Positions 19,171-28,978 of a stretch of DNA of 64,000 nt are shown here, in pieces. The notes below the pieces were generated by a model, which was given only the letters and a program-made list of their open reading frames with translations, ran no database searches and was not told the origin of the DNA. Position numbers and translations under genes: made by a program. The stretch is from the NCBI GenBank assembly GCA_035656275.1, contig DASRSW010000051.1, positions 8,068 to 72,067 on the forward strand. The letters are read 5' to 3'. Origin of the DNA: Thermoplasmata archaeon (GTDB lineage Archaea; Thermoplasmatota; Thermoplasmata; Lutacidiplasmatales; UBA184). The first letter of the stretch is position 1; the number at the start of each line of letters is the position of its first letter.

Positions 19171-20805
19171 ATGAAGGTCATCGTCGTGAGCGGGGGAGTG
19201 ATTTCCGGGCTCGGGAAGGGGATCACGACCTCCTCCCTGGGGCGCCTCCTCAAGGCCCGCGGCATCCCCGTGACGATCCTCAAGATCGACCCGTACCTCA
19301 ACGTTGACGCGGGCACGATGAACCCGTACCAGCACGGCGAAGTGTTCGTGCTGGACGACGGCACCGAGGCGGACCTGGACCTCGGCAACTACGAGCGGTT
19401 CCTGGGGCAAAGCCTCGTCGGGACGCACAATCTCACCACCGGGAAGATCTACCGCGCCGTCATCGAAAAGGAGCGGCGGGGCGATTACCTGGGAAACACC
19501 GTTCAGATCATCCCGCACGTGACGGGGGAGATCAAGCGGTCGATCCGCGAGGTCGCCCAGGCCTCGGGAGCCGAGGTCGTCCTGGTCGAGGTCGGTGGAA
19601 CGGTCGGCGACATCGAATCGATGCCGTTCCTCGAGGCGCTGCGTGAGCTCTTCTATGAGCTCGGCGAGGGGCACATGGCGTTCGTCCACACCACCCTAGT
19701 GCCGGTGGTGGGACCCGTCGGCGAAGCGAAGACGAAGCCGACGCAGCACTCCGTCCGCGAGCTGCGCGCCATTGGGATCCGCCCCACGATGATCGTCGCC
19801 CGCGGACCGGCGCCCTTGTCGCCCGACATCAAGGCGAAGATCTCCCTCTTCTGCGACGTGCCCCCGGAGGCGGTGATCTCGGTTCCCGACCAGCCGGTGA
19901 TCTACGAGGTCCCCCTCGTCCTCGAGGCGCAGGGGGTGGGAGAGCATCTCTGCCGTCTCCTCGGCCTCGGGAACCGGGAGCCGGACTACACCGCCTGGAA
20001 GTCGTTCCTCTCCAAGTATCGTCAGGAGTCGGGCGCGGTCGAGATCGCCGTCGTGGGCAAGTATACCGAGCTTCGCGATGCCTACCTCTCGCACATCGAG
20101 GCGTTCCACCACTGCCAGGGTCGCCTCGGGAGCGCCATCCATCTCCAGTGGTACGACGCGGAGGACCTTCCCCGCAATCCGGCTGCGATCGCGCGGCTGG
20201 AGCGCTCCGACGGCCTCCTCGTCCCGGGAGGGTTCGGGGCGCGCGGGGTAGAGGGGAAGATGGTCGCGATTCAGATCGCGCGGGAGCGCGGCCTCCCGTT
20301 CCTCGGGGTCTGCTACGGCTTCCAGATGGCCGCGGTCGAGTTCGCCCGCCACGCCCTCTCCCTCCCCCACGCCAACACCACCGAGGTCGACCCCCACACG
20401 ACGGACCCGGTCGTCTGTCTCCTCGAGGAACAGAAGGGGCTCGCGGAGATGGGCGGCACGATGCGGCTCGGGGCCCAGCGCGTCCTCCTGGAGGCGGGCT
20501 CCCGCGTGGCCCAGGTCTACGGTCGGACCGAGATCTGGGAACGGCACCGGCACCGCTTCGAGATCAACCCGGCCTATCTCGAGCGGTTCGCCGCTCTCGG
20601 GCTCCGCGTCAGCGGCCGCTCGGTCGACGGGCGCGTGGAGGCGCTCGAGATCCCGGAGCACCCGTTCTTCCTCGGCGTCCAGTTCCACCCCGAGTTCCTC
20701 TCCCGCCCCGAAGCCCCCCATCCGCTCTATCTCGAGTTCATCCGAGCCGCCGTCGCGCGCAAGGAGGTGCCGGCCTCTGTCGCCGCCGCGCCGGCTGGCG
20801 CGTGA
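19171..20805 (+). CDS. pyrG: CTP synthase
   Basis: Segments VVSGGVISGLGKGITTSSLG and GGTVGDIESMPFLEA, plus the glutaminase motifs GVCYGFQ and HRHRFE. Confidence 0.9.
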   Translation: MKVIVVSGGVISGLGKGITTSSLGRLLKARGIPVTILKIDPYLNVDAGTMNPYQHGEVFVLDDGTEADLDLGNYERFLGQSLVGTHNLTTGKIYRAVIEKERRGDYLGNTVQIIPHVTGEIKRSIREVAQASGAEVVLVEVGGTVGDIESMPFLEALRELFYELGEGHMAFVHTTLVPVVGPVGEAKTKPTQHSVRELRAIGIRPTMIVARGPAPLSPDIKAKISLFCDVPPEAVISVPDQPVIYEVPLVLEAQGVGEHLCRLLGLGNREPDYTAWKSFLSKYRQESGAVEIAVVGKYTELRDAYLSHIEAFHHCQGRLGSAIHLQWYDAEDLPRNPAAIARLERSDGLLVPGGFGARGVEGKMVAIQIARERGLPFLGVCYGFQMAAVEFARHALSLPHANTTEVDPHTTDPVVCLLEEQKGLAEMGGTMRLGAQRVLLEAGSRVAQVYGRTEIWERHRHRFEINPAYLERFAALGLRVSGRSVDGRVEALEIPEHPFFLGVQFHPEFLSRPEAPHPLYLEFIRAAVARKEVPASVAAAPAGA

Positions 20806-20935
20806 CCTAGGGACGCTGGACGGAGCGACCGTCCGGATCGCGGGGCATCTCGAGGAGTTCCGCGCTCTCGGCGGAGTCGCCTTCGCCCTCGTCCGCGACG
20901 GGAGCGGCACCGCGCAGGTCACGCTCAAGAAAGGC

Positions 20936-22084
20936 GTGGCCGACCCGACGCTCTTTGACCTGCTCGGCGGACTTCCCCGCGAATCCGTCATCAGCGTCGA
21001 GGGGACGGTCCACCGTTCGGAGAAAGCTCGGCGCGGGGTCGAGCTGGCCCCCGTTCATGTCGACGTCCTGAGCCGGGCCGACGTGCCGTTGCCGCTGGGC
21101 GTGGTCGACAAGGTGAACTCCGACCTCGATACCCGGCTCAACCACCGCGTCCTCGACCTCCGGAAGCCAGCCGTGCGCGCCGTCTTCGAGCTGCGCGCGG
21201 CGCTCACCGAGGGATTGCGGGGGGCGTTCCGGGAGCGCGGGTTCCTCGAGGTAGAGACCCCCAAGCTCCTGCGGCAGGGCGCCGAGGGCGGGGCCACCCT
21301 CTTCGCCGTCGAGTACTTCGAGACGGCCGCGTATCTCGCGCAGAGTCCCCAGCTCTACAAGCAGATGCTGATGAGCGCGGGGCTCGAGCGCGTCTTCGAG
21401 ATCGCCCCGGCGTTCCGGGCCGAGCCGTCCGACACCGTGCGGCACCTCACGGAGTTCTCGAGCGTCGATGCCGAGATGGCGTACATCCACTCCGCCGAAG
21501 ACGTGCGCGAGGCGCTGGAGGGTATTGTTGCGGGGGCGCTGACCCACGCGCGGAAGGCGCTCCCACCGGACCACCCGCTCGGGAAGGCGCTTCCCGAACC
21601 CCATCCACCGTTCCTGCGACTGACGTTCGACGAGTGCGAGCGGTTGCTGGGGCACGCGGGCCGCCGCCAGGACATGGGCGCGGACGACGAGCGGCGGCTC
21701 GGAGAGATTGTCGCGAAGGAGCACCAGGCCCCCTTCTACTTCATCACCGACTTCCCGACCGCCGTCAAGTCCCAGACGTTCTACGCCGGGCGCCGGGACG
21801 ACGACCCGGCCTACACGGGCTACTTCGACCTCGACTACCGGGGCCTCGAGCTCGCAAGCGGGGGGCCCCGGGAGCACAGGCTCGACCGCCTTCTCGACAA
21901 CATCCGCTCCGCGGGACTCGAGCCCGACCGCTTCCCGGGGTACCTCGAGGCGTTCCGCTACGGGATGCCTCCTCACGGAGGATTCGGATTCGGCCTCGAC
22001 CGCTTTGTCCAGGCGATGGCCGATCTTCCCAACATCCGGGAAGCGCGACTATTTCCCCGCGACCGCTATCGGCTCGACCCCTAA
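20936..22084 (+). CDS. aspS: aspartyl-tRNA synthetase, archaeal type; the true start is probably upstream of 20936
   Basis: Class II motifs FRAEPSDTVRHLTEF, GLELASGGPREH and FRYGMPPHGGFGFGLDR, with C-terminal LFPRDRYRLDP. Homologous OB-fold sequence continues in frame upstream to about 20795 with no ATG, GTG or TTG (see findings). Confidence 0.85.
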   Translation: MADPTLFDLLGGLPRESVISVEGTVHRSEKARRGVELAPVHVDVLSRADVPLPLGVVDKVNSDLDTRLNHRVLDLRKPAVRAVFELRAALTEGLRGAFRERGFLEVETPKLLRQGAEGGATLFAVEYFETAAYLAQSPQLYKQMLMSAGLERVFEIAPAFRAEPSDTVRHLTEFSSVDAEMAYIHSAEDVREALEGIVAGALTHARKALPPDHPLGKALPEPHPPFLRLTFDECERLLGHAGRRQDMGADDERRLGEIVAKEHQAPFYFITDFPTAVKSQTFYAGRRDDDPAYTGYFDLDYRGLELASGGPREHRLDRLLDNIRSAGLEPDRFPGYLEAFRYGMPPHGGFGFGLDRFVQAMADLPNIREARLFPRDRYRLDP

Positions 22085-22087
22085 CAG

Positions 22088-24208
22088 GTGCAGTCGATGG
22101 TCGCCGCCACCCGTTCCTTACCCGCTCCCACGGAGCTCTCGAGCCGCTGGGTGGCGGTCTTCGAGGAGGCGGAACTGCGGCCCCGCATCCTCGAGCTCGC
22201 CGACCGCTATCCCGAGGAGCGCAGTCTCGAGGTCCCGTTTCCCCGCATCGAGTCGGCCGACACGGCGCTCGCCGACCTCCTCCTGGAACGCCCCGAGGAG
22301 GTGCTCCGCGCGGGCACGAGCGCCATGCTGGAGCTCCTTCCCGTCGCCGGCCCGGAGGCGGAGGGGCTTCGCCTTCGAGTGACCGGCCTCCCGCCGACGG
22401 TTCGCCGGTCGATCCGGGAGATCCGCGAGGGGGACCTCAACCGGTTCTTGGCCCTCGATGGGATCGTGCGGAAAGCCACGGAGGTCCGCCCCCAGATCCT
22501 CGACGCCGTGTTCTCCTGCCTCGCCTGCCGGGCCGAGGTCCACGAGCTCCAGGACGTCACCGCCCCGGTCCTTCGGGAACCCCTCGAGTGCCCCCACTGC
22601 GGTAAGCCCGTGGGCCGGACGCGCTTCCGGCTGCTTCCGGAGAAATCGACCTACATCGACTCCCAGCGGATCGAGGTCCAGGAGAACCCCGAGTCGCTGA
22701 AGGGAGGGGCCCATCCGCAGGGGATGAGCGTGCTCCTCACCGAGGACCTCACCGGCCGGGTCATTCCGGGGAACCGCGTCGTGATCAACGGGACGCTCAA
22801 GAGCCTCCAGCGGGCCACCGCCTCGCGCACCGGGCTCGTCCGCTCCACCACCTTCGAGCTCATGGTCCTCGGAAACTCCCTCGAGTACAAGCAGCGGGAG
22901 TACGACGAGATCCCCATCTCCGAGGAGGATGAGGCCCTGATCCTCCGGTTCAAAGGCGACCCGCGGGTCGTGGACACGATCGTGCTCTCCCTGGCCCCGA
23001 CCATCCACGGGATGGAGGATGAGAAGGAGGCGATCGCCCTCCAGTTGTTCGGGGGTGTGGAAAAGCGCCACGCGGACGGGGTCCGCACCCGGGGCGACAT
23101 CCACATCCTCATCGTCGGCGACCCGGGGGTCGCCAAGAGCCAGCTCCTCCGCTACGTCGCCGACGTCGCTCCGCGCGGCATCTACACGAGTGGGAAGGGC
23201 GCCTCGGCGGCCGGGCTCACCGCCGCGGCGGTGAAGGACGACTTCGCCGGCGGCCGATGGGTCCTCGAGGCCGGGATGCTCGTCCTCGCGGATGGGGGGA
23301 TCGCCGTCATCGACGAGCTCGACAAGATGACGCCCGAGGACCGGAGCGCCATCCACGAGGCCCTCGAGCAGCAGACCGTCTCCATCGCGAAGGCCGGCAT
23401 CACCGCCACCCTCAACGCCCGTTGTCCGGTCCTGGCGGCGGCCAATCCGAAGCTCGGCCGATTCACCGCCGACCGCTCGATTGCGGAGCAGATCGACCTC
23501 CCGCCGACCCTCCTCTCCCGCTTTGACGTCATCTACTCCATCCAGGACAAACCGAACACCCAGCGGGACCGGTTCCTCGCGAATCGGATCCTCCTCTCCC
23601 ACCGGGAGGGGGAGGCCCGTGAGTCGACGATCCGCGCCGGGGGGGCGCCGGAGGCCTCGAACGCCCCGTTCCAGCCGGAGTTCCTGCGCAAGTACATCGC
23701 CTACGCCCGGCGGCACGTGCGGCCCGTCCTCACGAACGAGGCGTTGCAGACCCTCGAGGACTTCTACGTGGGCGTGCGCGAGCAGGGCGAGCAGCCGGAT
23801 TCCCCCGTTCCGATCACCGCCCGCCAGCTCGAGGCGCTCGTCCGGATGAGCGAGGCCGCCGCCCGCGCCCGGCTCTCCGCCGTGGTCAACGTCGATGATG
23901 CCCACCGGGCCATCCACGTGGTGGAAAAGTTCCTGAAGCGGATCTCCCAGTCGGAAGGAAAGCTCGACATCGACGTCGTGACGACGGGCGTGAGCCACAG
24001 CCAGCGGGAGCGCCAGCTCCTCTTCGATGATGTGGTTCGGCGGGTGCAGGAGGAGGAGGGCGGCACCTTCAGCTACGAGCGGCTTGCGGCCGAAGCGGAG
24101 AAGTCCGGTATCCCCAAGGCCCGCGTGGACGGGCTGTTCCAGCTGATGCGCAACCAGGGGACCATCTACGAGGCCCGTCCGGGGCTCTGGAAGCTCACCC
24201 GGTTCTAG
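22088..24208 (+). CDS. mcm: MCM replicative helicase
   Basis: Zinc motif CLACRAEV...CPHCG, Walker A GDPGVAKSQLL, Walker B VIDELDKM and the arginine finger region LLSRFD. No intein-sized insertion. Confidence 0.9.
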   Translation: MQSMVAATRSLPAPTELSSRWVAVFEEAELRPRILELADRYPEERSLEVPFPRIESADTALADLLLERPEEVLRAGTSAMLELLPVAGPEAEGLRLRVTGLPPTVRRSIREIREGDLNRFLALDGIVRKATEVRPQILDAVFSCLACRAEVHELQDVTAPVLREPLECPHCGKPVGRTRFRLLPEKSTYIDSQRIEVQENPESLKGGAHPQGMSVLLTEDLTGRVIPGNRVVINGTLKSLQRATASRTGLVRSTTFELMVLGNSLEYKQREYDEIPISEEDEALILRFKGDPRVVDTIVLSLAPTIHGMEDEKEAIALQLFGGVEKRHADGVRTRGDIHILIVGDPGVAKSQLLRYVADVAPRGIYTSGKGASAAGLTAAAVKDDFAGGRWVLEAGMLVLADGGIAVIDELDKMTPEDRSAIHEALEQQTVSIAKAGITATLNARCPVLAAANPKLGRFTADRSIAEQIDLPPTLLSRFDVIYSIQDKPNTQRDRFLANRILLSHREGEARESTIRAGGAPEASNAPFQPEFLRKYIAYARRHVRPVLTNEALQTLEDFYVGVREQGEQPDSPVPITARQLEALVRMSEAAARARLSAVVNVDDAHRAIHVVEKFLKRISQSEGKLDIDVVTTGVSHSQRERQLLFDDVVRRVQEEEGGTFSYERLAAEAEKSGIPKARVDGLFQLMRNQGTIYEARPGLWKLTRF

Positions 24209-24261
24209 CGGCCCCCAAGTCCTGATAACCCCCCGTTCGCCTAGTCCGCCGCGAGGCGTCC

Positions 24262-24576
24262 ATGGAGGCCGGGATCGTCATGCGGGTCCACCGCGTCCGG
24301 GCGGAGGTCGTGGTCGCGGCCTGCGACGCGGAGCTCCTGGGGCGCGACCTGCCCGTCGGCACAGCCGGCCGGACCGTGAAGGTCTCGAGCCAGTTCTACG
24401 GGGAGCGCCAGGTGACCCCCGAGGAGTTCGTGGTGGCCGCCCGACGGGCGACCATCGTGAACCTGCTGGGCCCCCGGGTGCTCGCTGTGGCCGAGCGCGA
24501 AGGGATGATCGCCCCGGGAGGTTCCGGCAGCCTCGGCGGGGTCCCCCACGCCGAGATCTTCACGATCGAGGAGTAG
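24262..24576 (+). CDS. DUF424 family protein
   Basis: Segments VVVAACDAELLGRDL, SSQFYGERQVTPEE and LGGVPHAEIF match my recollection of the archaeal DUF424 pattern. Confidence 0.55.
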   Translation: MEAGIVMRVHRVRAEVVVAACDAELLGRDLPVGTAGRTVKVSSQFYGERQVTPEEFVVAARRATIVNLLGPRVLAVAEREGMIAPGGSGSLGGVPHAEIFTIEE

Positions 24577-24587
24577 GTCGCGGGCCG

Positions 24588-25388
24588 ATGGAGGGGGAGT
24601 TCTGTGTCGTCTGCGGCCGCACGGACCGGCCGCTCACGAACGGCGAATGCGCGGACTGCTTTGCGAAGCGCGCGCCGCTCGTTACCATCGCCGAGCGCCC
24701 CGTGGTCGTCCTCTGCCCCACCTGCGGCTCCCGCCTCATCCGCCAGCACTGGGAGCCGTCGACCGCCGGGACCCACCTCACCGCCGCCGACCTGACCCCC
24801 CTCCTGGTCCCCCTGGAGGAGGTGGGGATCCGTCGCGTCCGCTGGACCGAGCGGGGGGGCAACCCGCTCCAGCGGGAGCTCGACGGGGCCGTGGACGTGC
24901 GCGTGCGCGGCACCGAACGGACCGTCCCCGTCCACCTCGTGGTCCGCGTCGAGCACCGGACGTGCCCGACCTGCAGCCGCAAGAGCGGTCGCTACTACAC
25001 CTCCCTCATCCAGTTGCGCGGCCCCGAAGAGGGGTCCCGCGAGACGGCCCGCGTCCGCCGCGAGCGGCTGGGGGCGCTCTGGGACGCCGTCCTTCCCGAG
25101 GCCCGGCCCACCTGGCGGGAGGCGCTTTCGTGGGCCGAGCCGCTCCCCGAGGGCTGGGACTTCTACCTCACGGACACCGAAGCGGCGCGCGCGCTCGCCC
25201 GATTCATGAAGCAGCGGCTCGGCGCCGAGCTCAAGGAGTCGGCGACCCTCTACGGCCGCAAGGACGGGCGCGACCTCTACCGGGTCACCATCTGCCTCCG
25301 CGTTCCCCCGTCGGCGGGGCCGCTTCCCCCTCCGCCCGCCGGAGCGGCCGCGCGTCGAACGGCAGCATTAAAAGGCGGACCCCCCTGA
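24588..25388 (+). CDS. NMD3-family protein (archaeal homolog of the 60S export adaptor N-terminal domain)
   Basis: N-terminal Cys clusters CVVCG...CADC and CPTCG, plus a later CPTCSRKSGRYYTSLIQLR. Confidence 0.6.
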   Translation: MEGEFCVVCGRTDRPLTNGECADCFAKRAPLVTIAERPVVVLCPTCGSRLIRQHWEPSTAGTHLTAADLTPLLVPLEEVGIRRVRWTERGGNPLQRELDGAVDVRVRGTERTVPVHLVVRVEHRTCPTCSRKSGRYYTSLIQLRGPEEGSRETARVRRERLGALWDAVLPEARPTWREALSWAEPLPEGWDFYLTDTEAARALARFMKQRLGAELKESATLYGRKDGRDLYRVTICLRVPPSAGPLPPPPAGAAARRTAALKGGPP

Positions 25389-25415
25389 ATCCTCTCGGAC
25401 GGCGAGGTCAATCCC

Positions 25416-25796
25416 ATGATGAGCAAACGCGGAATCCTTCGGCGACACCACGGTGCGGACACCCTCGAGGAAGGGACGTTCCTCGACCTCGGCGCGATGC
25501 AGTTCGAGGACGAGGCCTCGAGCCTCGCGGGGAACCGCGGCACCATCCGTATGGCCGAGATCCTGCGGTTCGACGACCTCCACCAGACGACGAAGCTCGC
25601 CTACAGCGGCGACATCGTCATCATCGACTACACGTCGATCGCCAACGACCAGAATGCGGTCCGTCGGATGAGCATCGACCTCAAGAACGTCGCGAAGGAC
25701 ACGGGCGGCGACGTGGCGGGCATCGCGAAGAACCTCCTCGCCCTCACGCCGGCCGGGATCCGCATCGACCGGCAGAAGATCCGACCGAGCTTCTGA
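25416..25796 (+). CDS. sepF: archaeal SepF cell-division protein
   Basis: Segment GDIVIIDYTSIANDQNAVRRMSIDLKNVAKDTGGDVAGIAKNLLALTPAGIRIDRQKI closely parallels haloarchaeal SepF (…ITPTGISISRQKL). Confidence 0.7.
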   Translation: MMSKRGILRRHHGADTLEEGTFLDLGAMQFEDEASSLAGNRGTIRMAEILRFDDLHQTTKLAYSGDIVIIDYTSIANDQNAVRRMSIDLKNVAKDTGGDVAGIAKNLLALTPAGIRIDRQKIRPSF

Positions 25797-25812
25797 GCCC
25801 CACTGGCTTCGG

Positions 25813-27342
25813 ATGAAGCTCGCCCTGGAGCGCCGCGAGGCGGTCTCCGCCTCGGTCGATGCGGTCGCCACCGGGGTCTTCCTGCGTGGAGAGCGGGAAA
25901 GCGAGCTCCCGCGGACGTTGTCGAAGGAGGATGCCTCCGTGGGCGGGGCCCTCGCGGCCGCCTGGGAGCGGAAGGAGCTCAAGGGGAAGCGGGGGGAGGT
26001 CACGACGTTCCATCGTCCCGACCATCGGGGCCGGCTCGTCGTCGTGGGGCTGGGCTCCCCGACGTCGTACTCGGCGGAGGTCGTGCGCCGCGCGGCCGCG
26101 GAGGCCGTGAAGTCGCTCAAGGGCCGCGGCGCCCGCACGCTCGGATTCCGCCTCGCCCCGTTCGTGACCGAGTCGGTCGGCAGCGAGGTCGCCGCCCGGG
26201 CGCTCCTCGATGGGGCGGGACTCGGCGGGTACGAATTCACGCACTACCGGTCCTCGACCGACAGCGGGATCGAGGAGGCGACGGTGCACCTGGGCGACGA
26301 GCACGGGCGGGAGGAATCCGCGCTCCGTCGCGCCGTCGACCAGGAGGCGACGCTCATCGAGACGGTCGTCTGGACCCGGGAGATCGCAAACCTTCCGGCG
26401 GACACGGCGACGCCTGAGCGCCTCGCCGAAGAAGCCCGCCGACTGGCGAAGGAGAGCGGGCTCAAGGTCACGGTCTTCGACGAGGAGAAGCTCAAGGAGA
26501 TGGGCTGCGGGGGCCTCCTCGCCGTCGGCGGCGGGAGCGCGCATCCGCCGCGGATGGTCGTCCTCGAGTACGGCGGCGGTTCGCGGGGCGGAAAGACGGT
26601 CGCGGTGGTGGGGAAGGGGATCACCTTCGACTCGGGAGGGATCTCCATCAAGCCGGCGGCCAGCATGGCCCACATGAAGTTCGACAAGTCGGGGGCCGTC
26701 GCGGTCCTCGGCATCCTTCGCGCCGCGGCGGCGCTCAAGGTCGCGCCCCGGGTCATCGGGGTCCTCGCCTGCGCGGAGAACGTGCTCGGGGGCGCCTCCT
26801 ACCGGCCCGGGGACATCGTCCGCTCGTACAACGGAAAGTCGATCGAGGTCCTCAACACGGACGCGGAGGGGCGGGTCGTCCTTTCCGACGCCCTCGGCTA
26901 CGTCGTGGAGAAGTACCACCCCGACGAGGTGATCGACCTCGCGACGCTCACCGGCGCCGAGGTGATCGCCCTCGGGGACGACACGGCGGCGCTGGTGGCG
27001 AACGACGACCGCCTTGCGGACGGGCTCCTCGCGGCGTCCCAGGCGACGGGGGAGCCGCTCTGGCGGATGCCGCTCACCGACTACCACCGCGAGCTCGTGA
27101 AGAGCGACGTCGCGGACGTGCGGAACCACACCGAGATCACGGTCGCGGGGCTCCTCCAGGCGGCGGCGTTCCTCGAGAACTTCGTCGGGAAGTCGGCGTG
27201 GGCCCACCTCGACATCGCCGGCCCCGCCTACACGACGCTCACGACCAAGAAGTGGCAGCCGGCCTACCAGAACTTAGGGGCGACGGGGTTCGGCGTGCGG
27301 GTCGTGACCCGCTACCTTTTGGGCATCGGCCGGTCGAGCTAG
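25813..27342 (+). CDS. pepA: leucyl aminopeptidase (M17)
   Basis: Segments VGKGITFDSGGISIKP, MKFDKSGAVAVLG and NTDAEGRVVLSDAL. Confidence 0.85.
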   Translation: MKLALERREAVSASVDAVATGVFLRGERESELPRTLSKEDASVGGALAAAWERKELKGKRGEVTTFHRPDHRGRLVVVGLGSPTSYSAEVVRRAAAEAVKSLKGRGARTLGFRLAPFVTESVGSEVAARALLDGAGLGGYEFTHYRSSTDSGIEEATVHLGDEHGREESALRRAVDQEATLIETVVWTREIANLPADTATPERLAEEARRLAKESGLKVTVFDEEKLKEMGCGGLLAVGGGSAHPPRMVVLEYGGGSRGGKTVAVVGKGITFDSGGISIKPAASMAHMKFDKSGAVAVLGILRAAAALKVAPRVIGVLACAENVLGGASYRPGDIVRSYNGKSIEVLNTDAEGRVVLSDALGYVVEKYHPDEVIDLATLTGAEVIALGDDTAALVANDDRLADGLLAASQATGEPLWRMPLTDYHRELVKSDVADVRNHTEITVAGLLQAAAFLENFVGKSAWAHLDIAGPAYTTLTTKKWQPAYQNLGATGFGVRVVTRYLLGIGRSS

Positions 27343-27356
27343 CGCCCGGCCCGGGC

Positions 27357-28817
27357 TCAGTTGTCGACGATCTTCACCGACTCGCCGCCGTGCTTCGTCG
27401 CCCGGGGCCGCACCTCGCAGAAGAGCGGCGTCTGATACCCGCCGCCGGTCACGAGCGCCACGCCGACCGGGAGCGACTGGATCATGTCCGTCATCCCGCT
27501 CGTGAGCCCCTCGATCGACTGCGCGATGGCCTTGAGGTCCAGCGGGTTCGTCACCTGCAGGATGAGCTGCGTCGAGCATTGCGAAAGGACGCTCTTATCG
27601 ATGCGGGCCGCGCGCTGCGTCACGACGCAGAGACCGAGCCCGAACTTCCGCCCCTCGCTCGCGATGTTCTTCAGGACCCGCGAGCAGGTCGCCTGCCCCT
27701 GCTGGGGGGCGAAGTTGTGGGCCTCCTCGATGACGAGGAACATCGGCGGGATCTTGTTCTTCTTCCGGTTCTCGAAGAGGTTGGAGGCGATCCGCGCGAC
27801 GACGAGCTCCTGGACGTCGGGGGCGATCCCGCGCAGGTTGATGAGGGTCGCCGACCCCCGCACGACCAGTTCGGCCAGGCTCGTCCCCTTCGGCCCGAGG
27901 AGCTTCGTCTGTTCCAGGTATTCGAGCCGCTCGTGGAGCGTCTCCGCCACGGCCCCCTCGCCGCGCTCGGCGGCGCGGACGAGGTCGTGGACCGTGTAGT
28001 CCGGGTTGGCGGCCGCGACCTCCTCGACGATCGTCTTGAGGGGGGCCAGGAACGTCTTCACGTTCGTGAGCCCCATGAACACGAGGAGGTCGCGCGGGTC
28101 GATGTGCCGCAGCGAGAAGGTGAGCGGCTTCGCCGAGGGGTTGAGCGAGACATCGGGGGAGAACTCCTGCACCTGGCGGCCAAACCCCTGGGTCTCGACC
28201 CCGAAGCGGGCGTGCACCCCGTTCTTCTCGGCCGGGATGCGGAGCGAGCCGTACTCTCCGTGCGGGTCGATGATGACGCAGGTGACCCGATGGCGGAGGA
28301 GCTCTTCGATGAGGACCCCGAGGAGGTAGCTCTTCCCGCCCCCCGTCTTCGCGAGCACGCTTAAGTGGCGCTGGACGAGCTGGTTGATGTCGAGCTCGAT
28401 GCGCAGCGAATGCCCCCGCAACAGTCCGACGTAGGCGCCGGACGCCGAGTGGTGGCCCAGCCCGAGCACCTCCGCAATGAGCGGCTCCTCGGCGCGGAAG
28501 ACGCGGGCCCCAGGGCGGAACGGGATCGTCGGGATCTTGACCAGGCCCTGGGCGTCGCGGTAGCCGATGATCTGCGCGATGCCGAGCAGGTTCTCGTGGA
28601 TGGGCGTCGCCCCCCCATGGCCGAGGGCGTCCGCGCCGGCCAGGTCGAGGTCGCTCTTGCGGTGAAGGTCGTCCAGTTGACAGAGGACGCGGCCGTGCAG
28701 CTCGTCCTCGACGGTCAGGTAGTCGCCCCGTTCGATGGGCTGCGTGAGGGAGATCTGGAACTGACCGAGCCCCACGTCGCCGAAGATGCGTCCAACCTCC
28801 TCCACGTCGCGATTCAT
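27357..28817 (-). CDS. HerA-like (COG0433/DUF87) P-loop ATPase
   Basis: N-terminal HAS-barrel-like region, Walker A LAKTGGGKSYLLGVL and Walker B FLVIEEAHNF. No adjacent NurA. Confidence 0.7.
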   Translation of the reverse strand: MNRDVEEVGRIFGDVGLGQFQISLTQPIERGDYLTVEDELHGRVLCQLDDLHRKSDLDLAGADALGHGGATPIHENLLGIAQIIGYRDAQGLVKIPTIPFRPGARVFRAEEPLIAEVLGLGHHSASGAYVGLLRGHSLRIELDINQLVQRHLSVLAKTGGGKSYLLGVLIEELLRHRVTCVIIDPHGEYGSLRIPAEKNGVHARFGVETQGFGRQVQEFSPDVSLNPSAKPLTFSLRHIDPRDLLVFMGLTNVKTFLAPLKTIVEEVAAANPDYTVHDLVRAAERGEGAVAETLHERLEYLEQTKLLGPKGTSLAELVVRGSATLINLRGIAPDVQELVVARIASNLFENRKKNKIPPMFLVIEEAHNFAPQQGQATCSRVLKNIASEGRKFGLGLCVVTQRAARIDKSVLSQCSTQLILQVTNPLDLKAIAQSIEGLTSGMTDMIQSLPVGVALVTGGGYQTPLFCEVRPRATKHGGESVKIVDN

Positions 28818-28978
28818 CCCGAGGTTCGCTTATTAGAGTGACGTGGGACGCGAAACGTCCGACGCTCCGGCGGGCGTCCCCACCGCCGGTGAATGCGGCG
28901 CGAACGGGAAGCCTTTATATCGAGGGCCTTCCTCGAACCGGCCCCCGGCGTCCTCGATGGGCCGGGCGGGTGCCCTGA

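Noticed and set aside
22118-23998. 626-aa ORF on the minus strand
   Set aside because: It is antisense to mcm and has no motifs. Treated as a shadow ORF.
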